The notes under the pieces are model-generated. The model had not been told where the DNA came from and did not search any database. It saw nothing but the letters and a program-made list of their open reading frames with translations. A program made the position numbers and the translations under genes. DNA of 32,000 nucleotides, from assembly GCF_000283555.1 (NCBI RefSeq), contig NC_016012.1, positions 450,001 to 482,000 of the forward strand, read 5' to 3'. Positions 1 through 8,362 of this stretch are shown piece by piece; the stretch's first letter is position 1, and each line of letters starts with the position of its first letter. Origin of the DNA: Candidatus Arthromitus sp. SFB-rat-Yit (GTDB taxonomy: Bacteria > Bacillota > Clostridia > Clostridiales > Clostridiaceae).

Positions 1-697
1 CTCAATACATAAAAGCGGTGAAGAGCAATGGTTAACTGCTACATTTGAAGATACAACATTATTTGATGAAGCAACTGTTACAAACAAAAAAGGCGAGAAA
101 ATAGAAGGGTTTAATGGAGTAGGCAGAAAATTAAATCCAAAACTTGCAATGCCTAGTGTGAGAAGTAGAGTTGAGGAAATTTTGGATACAGGTATAGAAT
201 TTAATACGTGGTTCTTAGATACAGATGGCACTGGAGAAGTGTTTGATGATTACTCTGAAAATCATATAACGACTGAGGAAGAAGATATAAATGCAAGAAT
301 TGAGAGAGTTAAGTATTTGAATAATGAAAAGGATATGATTGTTGGAACTGAGGGTGGAAATGATTTTATAAATAAATATGTTGCATATGCTCATGGGATA
401 GATATGGGTCCTTTTAAATGGATGGATAAAGATTTAAAAGATAAAAATAGTGAATATTATCTTGGTTAATACTATTCACTAACAGGTGGAGTTGATAACC
501 TTATGTCATATAGATGAAGGAGAATGGGAAAAAATAGAAATTTAATTATAAATCATTATAATGTGTGGGGTGATTTTTCTAAGAAAGTTATAAATAAAGG
601 GATGATATATTTTGAGAATTTAGTAACTGATGGTTCTGTTAAGATGACTTAATATGGTGATGATGGAGAATTGATACATTATACACCTCGAAGATAA
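1..697 (+). pseudogene. 3' part of a glycoside-hydrolase-like gene whose C-terminal end is broken by stops and frameshifts (probable pseudogene or truncated gene)
   Basis: Frame 2 is open from the window edge (SIHKSGEEQWLTATFEDTTLFDE...) through the listed 149..469 ORF to TAA 467-469. The motif run TWFLDTDGTGE...IVGTEGGNDF...YAHG resembles TIM-barrel glycosidase-like families, but I cannot assign the family by eye. Coding-like sequence continues past the stop in four pieces. These are YYSLTGGVDNLMSYR (470-514, TGA 515-517), DEGEWEKIEI in frame 3 (513-542), IINHYNVWGDFSKKVINKGMIYFENLVTDGSVKMT (545-649, TAA 650-652) and YGDDGELIHYTPRR (653-694, TAA 695-697). Confidence 0.5.
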
Positions 698-783
698 GTT
701 TTTAGGTTGTAATTTAATTTGGTTTTTATTACAATGAAACTATTAAAAATTATTCTAAAAATGTATTTTAGAAGGAGAAATGT

Positions 784-1467
784 ATGAGTAATCAAGCCGT
801 TATAAGAATAAAGAATTTTCAAGCTGATTATGATTTTAGAATTTGTAATTTGAGTGTGAGTATTTATTGTATTGGTAAGGGAAATTTAGTTTTGGATGTG
901 ACAAATAAACAAACTAAGGAATTAGTCCTTGAAAATGTAGAAGTTAGTGATGGTACTCAGTCAATTCAATGTGATTTGGATAATGGAATATATAATTTTA
1001 AGATATATGAAGTTTTTAATAAAAAAGATAGTTCTAGCAGATACTTGTTATATGAAGCAAATTTTACATACAGTAATCCGTATGATGCTAAAGATGGAGA
1101 AATAATTATTAAAAATATTAAATATAAGGGTGATGAATACGCACTTAGATATTATTACAAAATTACAGATATAATTCCTAGTGAAGAAAATGAGAATGTA
1201 TTTTATGCTAAGATGGTTGGGTATGATAAGTTTGATATATTAAAAAGTATAAATGATCCATATGAAATTAAGATTACTTATTTAGATGAAAAGCAAAAGG
1301 AAATTTTTATAGAGTTTGAAGAAGATGGGGAGTATATGTACTTTTTATTTCACAGAGATAAGAGAATGCTTATTAAAGAAGAGGATAAAAATGACCAAAT
1401 AAATTATGACAGATATTTTGAGTTAACGGACGATGAAAGTAGTTATTTAACTACAAATTATAGATAG
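784..1467 (+). CDS. hypothetical cytoplasmic protein, no family recognised
   Basis: A 227-aa ORF. Its ATG lies 6 nt after the SD GAAGGAG (771-777), and an intrinsic terminator overlaps the stop. No signal peptide, TM segment or catalytic motif was recognised. Confidence 0.6.
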   Translation: MSNQAVIRIKNFQADYDFRICNLSVSIYCIGKGNLVLDVTNKQTKELVLENVEVSDGTQSIQCDLDNGIYNFKIYEVFNKKDSSSRYLLYEANFTYSNPYDAKDGEIIIKNIKYKGDEYALRYYYKITDIIPSEENENVFYAKMVGYDKFDILKSINDPYEIKITYLDEKQKEIFIEFEEDGEYMYFLFHRDKRMLIKEEDKNDQINYDRYFELTDDESSYLTTNYR

Positions 1468-1502
1468 AGGTATCACTTTTGGGTGATACCTCTTTTATTT
1501 TT
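1466..1502 (+). terminator. rho-independent terminator
   Basis: An 11-bp perfect stem, AGAGGTATCAC (1466-1476) with GTGATACCTCT (1483-1493). The loop is 6 nt and TTTATTTTT follows. It lies between convergent genes. Confidence 0.8.
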
Positions 1503-1522
1503 AATATTTTTTGTATGTGTTT

Positions 1523-2098
1523 TTACAAATTAATGAATCTTGGGAATAATATTACATTTTCGATTTGTGAATGAGTTATAACATCATTTTTAAATTCACT
1601 TAATTCTAAGTAAAATTTAGTTATGCTACCACAAGCGTTTTTTGGAGCTACAAAGTTATTTGTTATATCAGATATTTTTTTAAGAGATGGACCTATTACA
1701 TAATGTTCATCAACAGCTTCTCTTATAAATTTTTCCATTGATTTGTATTCTGGGCTATCTTTTGTAAACTTTCCTTCTTGAAATTCTTTTATAGGATCAA
1801 AAATTAATCTTTCTTCTAATATCAAATGACCTTCAAATACTTCTCTTATTTTTGAAAAAATTGAGTGTATTTCCCAAAATAAATCTTTATATTCATGGAT
1901 GTGATGATCCATAATTTTTAACAGACTTTTATTTAAATTTGGAATTGTCTGTCTAATATTTGAATGATAGTTATTTATTATAAAAGATATAATATCTTCT
2001 GAACTCTTAGATAAGAAATCTTCGAGTCTTATATCATCCTTTAATTTACCTAATTGTAAAAAATTATTTTGTTCAGATTTTTTATTATTTAATTCCAT
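1523..2098 (-). CDS. hemerythrin-like di-iron protein, a RIC/ScdA paralogue lacking the N-terminal ScdA_N domain
   Basis: The 191-aa product aligns along its length with the C-terminal 170 aa of the neighbouring 240-aa protein. Examples are IISFIINNYHSNIR vs IINFIINHFHEGLL, HLILEERLIF vs HLILEEENIF, and ITHSQIENVILFPRF vs IAHTQLENNVLFPRF. His/Glu ligand positions of the hemerythrin-type four-helix bundle are retained. SD AAGGAG lies upstream of the ATG. Confidence 0.75.
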   Translation of the reverse strand: MELNNKKSEQNNFLQLGKLKDDIRLEDFLSKSSEDIISFIINNYHSNIRQTIPNLNKSLLKIMDHHIHEYKDLFWEIHSIFSKIREVFEGHLILEERLIFDPIKEFQEGKFTKDSPEYKSMEKFIREAVDEHYVIGPSLKKISDITNNFVAPKNACGSITKFYLELSEFKNDVITHSQIENVILFPRFINL

Positions 2099-2181
2099 TG
2101 TAAGACTCCTTTTTAATTTATATCTAAAATTCTACAATAATTTGGTGATTATTAAAAGGATAACGACAAAAGAATTATTAT

Positions 2182-2904
2182 TTACTCATAAAATCTTGGG
2201 AATAAAACATTGTTTTCAAGTTGAGTATGGGCGATCAAGTGATCTTGAAGTTTTTTGAGATCACTATATACTTTTTTTACAGTATTGCATGCATCTTGTG
2301 GTGGAGTGTAGTTGTTTGTAGCATCTGAAAGTTCCTTTAAACATGGTCCAACAATTGAATGTTCATTTATTGATTCGTTTATTGAAGATATCATAATTTT
2401 GTATTCTTGACTTTCTCTATTAATTTGATTCGATTCCAATGAAATCATAGCTTTAAAAATATTTTCTTCTTCGAGTATGAGATGAGAATCCATTAATACT
2501 TGAATTTTTCCAACCAATTCGTGTATTTTCCAAAACAGTTCTTTATGTTTATTGATATGTACTCTCATTATTTTTAACATAAGTTTGTTTATTTCTGGTA
2601 GGTCTCTAAGTAAACCTTCGTGAAAATGATTTATTATGAAGTTTATTATTTCATTTGATGGTTTTGATGAAATATCTATTGATTTTAATATTTCATCTTT
2701 GTGTGAGTCATTTATTTTTGTGTGTTTAATTTCATTATAAAGCTCATCTAAAACTTTGTCATTATTGATATTTAGTTCTATTAAAGCATCTTTTAATTTC
2801 TTTTGACCCCCACAGCAAAAATCAATTTTATATTTATCAAAAAAATTTTTAGAGCTTGGGAAATTATTTAGTATATCTCCAATCTTTTTATTTAATAAGT
2901 TCAT
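2182..2904 (-). CDS. ric: iron-sulfur cluster repair di-iron protein (RIC / ScdA / YtfE family)
   Basis: The N-terminal ScdA_N signature KYKIDFCCGGQKKL is followed by a hemerythrin-like domain (HFHEGL..., HLILEEE, NEH, HLIAHTQLEN). SD AGGAGG lies 6 nt upstream of the ATG. Confidence 0.85.
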   Translation of the reverse strand: MNLLNKKIGDILNNFPSSKNFFDKYKIDFCCGGQKKLKDALIELNINNDKVLDELYNEIKHTKINDSHKDEILKSIDISSKPSNEIINFIINHFHEGLLRDLPEINKLMLKIMRVHINKHKELFWKIHELVGKIQVLMDSHLILEEENIFKAMISLESNQINRESQEYKIMISSINESINEHSIVGPCLKELSDATNNYTPPQDACNTVKKVYSDLKKLQDHLIAHTQLENNVLFPRFYE

Positions 2905-2974
2905 TTTTGCCTCCTGTAAATATTGATTTAATACTCAATTAGTATTTTACTATAAATAAATATTTAAACGAAAA

Positions 2975-3001
2975 AAACCGATATATTAAATATATCGGTT
3001 T
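2975..3001. repeat. perfect 27-bp palindrome (13-bp arms around one central base), either an operator or a minus-strand terminator
   Basis: AAACCGATATATT-A-AATATATCGGTTT is centred at 2988, about 84 nt upstream of the ric start codon. On the minus strand the hairpin is followed by a T7 run, as in an intrinsic terminator. On the plus strand only TTT follows. Confidence 0.6.
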
Positions 3002-3176
3002 AAAAATAGGGAAAACGGAGTGTTATATTATGATTAAGTAATTGAAAAGTTTAAAATGTACCTCTGTACAATTAATAATATCGTGTATATTTTTAAAATG
3101 TTTATAGCTTTAAATAAAAAAATTATATTGTGTATATAATAAAAATTTACTAAATGATAATTTATGGAGTAAATTT

Positions 3177-4457
3177 ATGTTTAAATTTAAAAATATACTG
3201 ATAAAATTTATTATATTTTGTATGTGCTTAAATTTATTTGGTGCTTCAGAAGACACTTTTAAACAAGAGATAAACAAAAATAATAAAAAAATTAGAGAAT
3301 TATATGAGTCAGACGTTAAATTTAACACTGAAATGGATTTAATACAGAAGAAACTTTTAGAATTGAGCCAAGAAATTGATAAAAAACAAAGAATTGTAGA
3401 AGAATATAATAAGCAAATAGAGTTAACTGAACAAAATATTTATGATGCAAACAAAAATATAGAAAATTTAAATAATGAAATAAATGAACTTGAAGATGTA
3501 GTTCACAAAAATTTGCTTGAAATTCAAAAATACGAAGAAGATATAAAAAAGTTTAAACAGGTTATTGATAATAGACTGAGAAATTTATACAAAAATATAG
3601 ATACATATACAAATAATTTAATTAGGATATTTTATACATCAGAGAATGTCATAGATTGCTTTGATAAAATTTTAAGTATGAATAAATTTTTGGAAATAGA
3701 TAGAATTGCAATTGAAAAATTTGCAAATAATATTGAACAAATAAATGTAAAAAATGAAAATATTAAATTCTTAAAAGCATTAATTGAAGAGAAGATAAAG
3801 CTTGTAAATAAAACCATATCTGAAAATAATGATAATTTGAAAAATATGGAATATCAAAAAGATGAAAAACAAAAGCAATTGAATGATATAAACGAGTTAA
3901 ATGTTCAACTCAATGAACAATATGAAAGCTTATCTGAAGATAAAAAACAAATTCAACAAGAAATTATAAGAATACAAGAGGATAATGTTAAATTACAAAA
4001 TGAATTAAAAAATTATATGGAAGAACTTAATAAAAATAATAAAGAAGCGAAGAAAAAAGTAAAGTATGGAAGATATTTAAAGCCTGTTAATGGTAAGATA
4101 ACATCGAGGTTTGGAAAGAGAATACATCCTGTGACAGGAAAAGAAAGCAGCCATACAGGACTTGATATTGCAGCTCCACTGGGTGAGAAAGTAAAGGCTT
4201 CTTTGGGCGGTGAAGTGGTTTTTTCAGGATGGTACAGTAATGTATACGGCAATGTAGTTATAATAAATCATGGTAATAATATACAGACTTTTTATGGACA
4301 TCTAAGTAAAGTTTTGGTAAAAAAGGGTGAGGAAGTTGATCAAGGAGATGTTATTGGAAAAGTTGGGAATACAGGGTTGAGTACAGGACCACACCTACAT
4401 TTTGAAATATATGTAAATGGGGAAAGAGTTGATCCGGAAAAAAGAATTTTTAAATAG
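3177..4457 (+). CDS. secreted M23 (LytM-type) peptidoglycan metalloendopeptidase with a long N-terminal coiled coil (EnvC/PcsB-like architecture)
   Basis: There is an N-terminal signal/anchor (MFKFKNILIKFIIFCMCLNLFGA) and about 270 aa of heptad-like K/E/N-rich coiled coil. The C-terminal M23 motifs are intact: HTGLDIAAP (HxxxD), GHLS and GPHLHFEI (HxH). Confidence 0.9.
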   Translation: MFKFKNILIKFIIFCMCLNLFGASEDTFKQEINKNNKKIRELYESDVKFNTEMDLIQKKLLELSQEIDKKQRIVEEYNKQIELTEQNIYDANKNIENLNNEINELEDVVHKNLLEIQKYEEDIKKFKQVIDNRLRNLYKNIDTYTNNLIRIFYTSENVIDCFDKILSMNKFLEIDRIAIEKFANNIEQINVKNENIKFLKALIEEKIKLVNKTISENNDNLKNMEYQKDEKQKQLNDINELNVQLNEQYESLSEDKKQIQQEIIRIQEDNVKLQNELKNYMEELNKNNKEAKKKVKYGRYLKPVNGKITSRFGKRIHPVTGKESSHTGLDIAAPLGEKVKASLGGEVVFSGWYSNVYGNVVIINHGNNIQTFYGHLSKVLVKKGEEVDQGDVIGKVGNTGLSTGPHLHFEIYVNGERVDPEKRIFK

Positions 4458-4652
4458 GAAATCTAAAATTTTTGAATACAAAAGCTAAATAATTGAAATA
4501 ACTAAAACGGTATGAATTGGAGTTCAAAAATAATAAAAAATTATTTAATTTAAATAAAAATTATCATAAAATGTGTTTTAAATTATAAATTAATGAGTAA
4601 TATTAAATTAGTAAATTTAAATTTGTATATTTAATATAAAAATCAACATATA

Positions 4653-5579
4653 ATGTACGGTGATGCGAAGGGAGTGATATACTTGGTATTAGTCAGAGTA
4701 GTTTATGAGGGAAAAGAAAAAATATTAAATGATATAAAAGATGAGTTGGGAAGTATTGAAAGAGAGTGTACTTCTTTGAGAACATCGATTAAAGAATATC
4801 ATAATATGAGTTTTATAGATATTGAATGTGATCCCTTAAAATATATAGATAAATTGAACGAAAAAGTTATAAATGTTATAGCTAAGGGAATTTATAACTT
4901 TGCAATAGAGATTTTTATTAATAAGGAGATAGATTATTTTTTTGATAATTCATATTTTTTTATTAAATATGATGAGATTTCAGATGTTAAAGAAAAAATA
5001 ATAAGTATACTTGGAGATGATAGTTTTAGCAAGGAAAATGATTCATTTTGTTTTGAGAAAAAACAAGATATAATGAATAAAATAATTGAATGTATAAGTG
5101 AAAATAATGAGATAAATATAAATGGATTTGTTAGATTTAGATTGAGAGAACTATTGAATGATTTTGAAATGATTGTGGATAGAGTTGTGGAACGATATAT
5201 GGTTGAGAAGGAATATAATGAATTTATAAAACTTCTCAAATATTTTGTAGATGTGCAAGAAACCAAAATTGAGGAAGTAAATATTATAATAAATAAATTA
5301 GGAAATTACACTATATTAGATGGTAAGCATAATGATATATACGAATTATTTTTAGATGATATAAATGATTTTAGTATGTCTTCCACGATGGTTAATAAAG
5401 ATGATTTACTAATAAGCGGACTTATAACTAATTCTCCAAATAGAATAGTTATTCATGGAGCAAAGAATAGTGTGAATGTAGAAATAATTGAAACTATAAA
5501 ACAAGTTTTTGAAGATAAAGTTGAGTTTTGTTGTGGATGTATAGATTGTGTAGAACTTGCTAACAAATTAATAAAATAA
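4653..5579 (+). CDS. ytxC: YtxC-like putative sporulation protein
   Basis: It sits immediately upstream of the infC operon, as in Bacillus and Clostridia. The central segment RYMVEKEYNEFIKLLKYFVDVQ matches my memory of the YtxC-like family. The likely true start is TTG 4683, which lies 8 nt after SD AAGGGAG (4668-4674), rather than ATG 4653. Confidence 0.6.
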   Translation: MYGDAKGVIYLVLVRVVYEGKEKILNDIKDELGSIERECTSLRTSIKEYHNMSFIDIECDPLKYIDKLNEKVINVIAKGIYNFAIEIFINKEIDYFFDNSYFFIKYDEISDVKEKIISILGDDSFSKENDSFCFEKKQDIMNKIIECISENNEININGFVRFRLRELLNDFEMIVDRVVERYMVEKEYNEFIKLLKYFVDVQETKIEEVNIIINKLGNYTILDGKHNDIYELFLDDINDFSMSSTMVNKDDLLISGLITNSPNRIVIHGAKNSVNVEIIETIKQVFEDKVEFCCGCIDCVELANKLIK

Positions 5580-5583
5580 ATTA

Positions 5584-5612
5584 TTTACAAATATATAAAA
5601 ATGTTTTATAAT
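5584..5612 (+). promoter_or_regulatory. sigma-A type promoter of the infC-rpmI-rplT operon
   Basis: TTTACA (5584-5589), an exact 17-nt spacer, then TATAAT (5607-5612). Confidence 0.6.
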
Positions 5613-5618
5613 TATGTC

Positions 5619-5773
5619 AGATTTAAGAAGAGACTACCGTTTCTCACCTTGGGGTTTTTACTACCTAGGTAACCTGAAGTTTTATATTCATCGTTGGGTT
5701 TTTTGTATCCAATGTTATTAGGTTTGTTTATTTAGAGGGCGGTGTATGTTATTCCGTCCTTTTTTTTATTTTT
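5619..5773 (+). promoter_or_regulatory. structured 5' leader with an intrinsic terminator, a candidate ribosomal protein L20 leader (attenuator)
   Basis: About 190 nt of untranslated leader lies between the promoter and infC. It contains several GC-containing helices in an otherwise AT-rich region (for example CGTTGG...CCAATG). It ends in the terminator AGGGCGG (5736-5742) with CCGTCCT (5754-5760), which has one G-U pair and is followed by T7ATTTTT. The position and layout match the Firmicute L20 leader, but I could not fold or model it. Confidence 0.5.
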
Positions 5774-5820
5774 AAGGTAGATTGATTTTTAAATTTGTAA
5801 AGTATTTGGAGGTGGCTAAT

Positions 5821-6330
5821 ATAGCAAAGGATGTTCAAATTAATGGTGAAATTAAATTTAAAGAGTTGAGGGTTATAGATAGTGATGGTTCTCAGCTTGG
5901 AATTATGCAAGCAAGGGATGCGTTGAAAATTGCAGAGGATAGAGAATTAGATTTAGTAGTTATTTCACCGACTGCGAATCCACCAGTATCTAGGATAATG
6001 GATTATGGTAAGCATGTTTATGAATTGTCTAAAAGACAAAAAGAAGCGAGGAAAAATCAAAAGACTATAAATATTAAAGAGATAAGAGTTAGTCCGTCTA
6101 TAGAAGAACATGATATCAATATAAAAGCTAATAATGCTAAGAAGTTTTTAAAAAGTGGAGATAAAGTAAAGATTACCGTAAGATTTAGAGGAAGAGAAGC
6201 AGACTATAGTTACATAGGAGAAAAGATATTAGATAATTTTATTGAGATATTAAAAGAATATGGAGCTCCAGATAAAAAAGCCAAATTAGAAGGTAGAAAC
6301 ATGAGCTTAATTATGTCTCCAAAGAAATAA
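5821..6330 (+). CDS. infC: translation initiation factor IF-3
   Basis: The sequence [29 protein letters not shown]...[21 protein letters not shown] is unmistakable IF-3. The ORF track starts at TTG 5782, which lies inside the leader terminator's T-tract and has no SD. The strong SD GGAGGTG (5808-5814) is followed 6 nt later by in-frame ATA 5821. IF-3 genes are known to use atypical start codons. Confidence 0.95.
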   Translation: MAKDVQINGEIKFKELRVIDSDGSQLGIMQARDALKIAEDRELDLVVISPTANPPVSRIMDYGKHVYELSKRQKEARKNQKTINIKEIRVSPSIEEHDINIKANNAKKFLKSGDKVKITVRFRGREADYSYIGEKILDNFIEILKEYGAPDKKAKLEGRNMSLIMSPKK

Positions 6331-6362
6331 GAAATATTAATGATTATAGGAGGTATTTTGAG

Positions 6363-6560
6363 ATGCCAAAAATGAAAACTAAGAAAGCTATTGCAAAAAG
6401 ATTTAGGGTTACAGGAACTGGAAATTTGAAAAGAGCACGTGCTTTTAAACAACATATTCTTACTAAGAAATCTGCAAAGAGAAAGAGAAATTTAAGAAAA
6501 GTTGGGTATGTTTCAGTTACGCAATTAAAGACTATGAAAAAATTATTACCATATGTTTAA
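6363..6560 (+). CDS. rpmI: 50S ribosomal protein L35
   Basis: [24 protein letters not shown] is the canonical L35 sequence. An AGGAGG SD is present. Confidence 0.97.
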   Translation: MPKMKTKKAIAKRFRVTGTGNLKRARAFKQHILTKKSAKRKRNLRKVGYVSVTQLKTMKKLLPYV

Positions 6561-6579
6561 AAATTGGAGGTAGGAGTAA

Positions 6580-6939
6580 ATGGCTAGAGTTAAAAGAGCT
6601 GTTAATGCACGTAAAAATCATAAAAAAGTTTTGAAATTAGCTAAAGGTTACTATGGAGCGAAGTCAAAGTTATTTAAAACTGCTAATGAAACAGTTATTC
6701 GTGCTTTATGGAATTCTTATGTAGGAAGAAGATTAAGAAAGCGTGATTTTAGAAAACTTTGGATAACAAGAATAAATGCTGGTGTTAGAGAGCATGGATT
6801 AAGTTATTCAAGATTTATATTCGGATTAAAGAATGCTAATGTTAACATAAACAGAAAAATGTTATCAGAAATGGCTATAAACGATAAAGCTGCTTTTGCT
6901 GAACTTGTAAAAATTGCTAAAGAAAGTTTAAACAAATAA
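6580..6939 (+). CDS. rplT: 50S ribosomal protein L20
   Basis: [29 protein letters not shown] is the canonical L20 sequence. A GGAGG SD is present. Confidence 0.97.
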   Translation: MARVKRAVNARKNHKKVLKLAKGYYGAKSKLFKTANETVIRALWNSYVGRRLRKRDFRKLWITRINAGVREHGLSYSRFIFGLKNANVNINRKMLSEMAINDKAAFAELVKIAKESLNK

Positions 6940-6968
6940 ATGCGACTTTTTTTGTCGCATTTATTTTT
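6938..6968 (+). terminator. rho-independent terminator of the infC operon
   Basis: AAATGCGAC (6938-6946) pairs with GTCGCATTT (6954-6962), the loop is T7, and ATTTTT follows. Confidence 0.8.
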
Positions 6969-6982
6969 ATAATTTTAAATAT

Positions 6983-8341
6983 GTGAGGATTAAATTGAAA
7001 AGTTTTAGGAAGCTATATCCTGTACAAATATTAGCATTATTTTTTGTAGTTGTAATAATAATTGGTAGTTTTTTATTGAGTTTACCTATATCAAACAATT
7101 CTGGAATTTCAACTAATTACTTAGATGCGTTATTTACAGCTACTTCAGCTACTTCTGTAACTGGGCTTGTAATTTTAGATACTGGTACATATTGGAGTTC
7201 GTTTGGAACAACTATAATTTTGTTATTAATTCAAATTGGTGGACTTGGTATAATGTCGTTTACTACATTTGGAGTTCTTAAATATGGAAATAAGATTTCT
7301 TTATATACGAGTCTTTTGATGAAAGAGGCTTTGAATGTAGATGAATTACAAGGAATGTCACGCATGATGAGGTATGTAATTATATTTGTTATGGTTACTG
7401 AATTGCTTGGTATGATTCTTTTTAGTTTTGTATTTGTACCTAAGTATGGTTTATCTCATGGATTGTATGTAAGTTTATTTACATCTATATCTGCATTTTG
7501 TAATGCGGGATTTGATATTTTTGGAAATTTTTCCAGTCTAACTTCTTATTATAACAATGCTTATGTTCTTATTGTTTGTATGATTTTAATAATTTTGGGT
7601 GGTATAGGTTTTAGTATAATAACTGAATTTATAAATTACAGATATACAAGAAAAATATCTGTAACGACTAAGATTGTTTTAATTGTAACATTGTTTTTAA
7701 TAATAGTGGGAGCACTTTTATATTTTATATTTGAGTATGATAATCCATTAACTTTTCAGAATATGAGTTTGGGTGAAAAGATACTTAATAGTTTTTTTTC
7801 ATCAGTATCACCTAGAACTGCAGGATTTAATTCAATAGATTTGGCGAATATTAGATCTGGAACAGTATTTTTGACGTGTATTCTTATGTTAATTGGAGGT
7901 TCTCCAGGATCTACGGCTGGAGGGATAAAAACAAGCACAGTTGGTGTTATAATATTAACGATATATCATTATATGAGAAATAAAAATAGAACTATCGTAT
8001 TAGGGAAGGAAATCCCCTCTAAAACAATAAATAAAGCTTTTATCTTGACATTTGTTGCTTTGTTTTTCATAAGTACATTTGTTATATTAATTTCTATAGC
8101 TGATAAAGGAGCGTCGTTTAGATCTATAGTATTTGAAGTTTTTTCAGCATTTAATACTGTTGGTTTGAGTTTTGGTTTGACTCCTGAATTGAATAGTATA
8201 GGTAAAATATTACTTATTTTGGCTATGTATTTAGGAAGAGTGGGAACTTTGACGTTAATTTTTGCATTTACAAATACGCACGATGGACCTAAGAAAAGTA
8301 ATGCTATAAAATATCCAGAGGTTAAAATTACGGTTGGATAA
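6983..8341 (+). CDS. ktrB: TrkH/KtrB-family potassium uptake membrane subunit
   Basis: A polytopic membrane protein with the repeated pore-loop pattern of the Trk/Ktr/HKT family (TATSVTGL, CNAGFDIFG, SPRTAGFNS, NTVGLSFG). The start is possibly TTG 6995, which lies 5 nt after GAGGA, rather than GTG 6983. Confidence 0.9.
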   Translation: MRIKLKSFRKLYPVQILALFFVVVIIIGSFLLSLPISNNSGISTNYLDALFTATSATSVTGLVILDTGTYWSSFGTTIILLLIQIGGLGIMSFTTFGVLKYGNKISLYTSLLMKEALNVDELQGMSRMMRYVIIFVMVTELLGMILFSFVFVPKYGLSHGLYVSLFTSISAFCNAGFDIFGNFSSLTSYYNNAYVLIVCMILIILGGIGFSIITEFINYRYTRKISVTTKIVLIVTLFLIIVGALLYFIFEYDNPLTFQNMSLGEKILNSFFSSVSPRTAGFNSIDLANIRSGTVFLTCILMLIGGSPGSTAGGIKTSTVGVIILTIYHYMRNKNRTIVLGKEIPSKTINKAFILTFVALFFISTFVILISIADKGASFRSIVFEVFSAFNTVGLSFGLTPELNSIGKILLILAMYLGRVGTLTLIFAFTNTHDGPKKSNAIKYPEVKITVG

Positions 8342-8362
8342 ATTTTTTAAGGGGATGTTTCT

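Noticed and set aside
3030-3041. Mini-ORF ATG-ATT-AAG-TAA (MIK) 9 nt after GGAG, in the ric/M23 intergenic region.
   Set aside because: Three codons in AT-rich DNA are expected by chance. It has no associated structure on the plus strand and no conservation evidence.
4511-4552. A 13-codon ORF (MNWSSKIIKNYLI) in the 195-nt AT-rich spacer upstream of ytxC.
   Set aside because: It has no SD and low-complexity sequence, and is most likely random.
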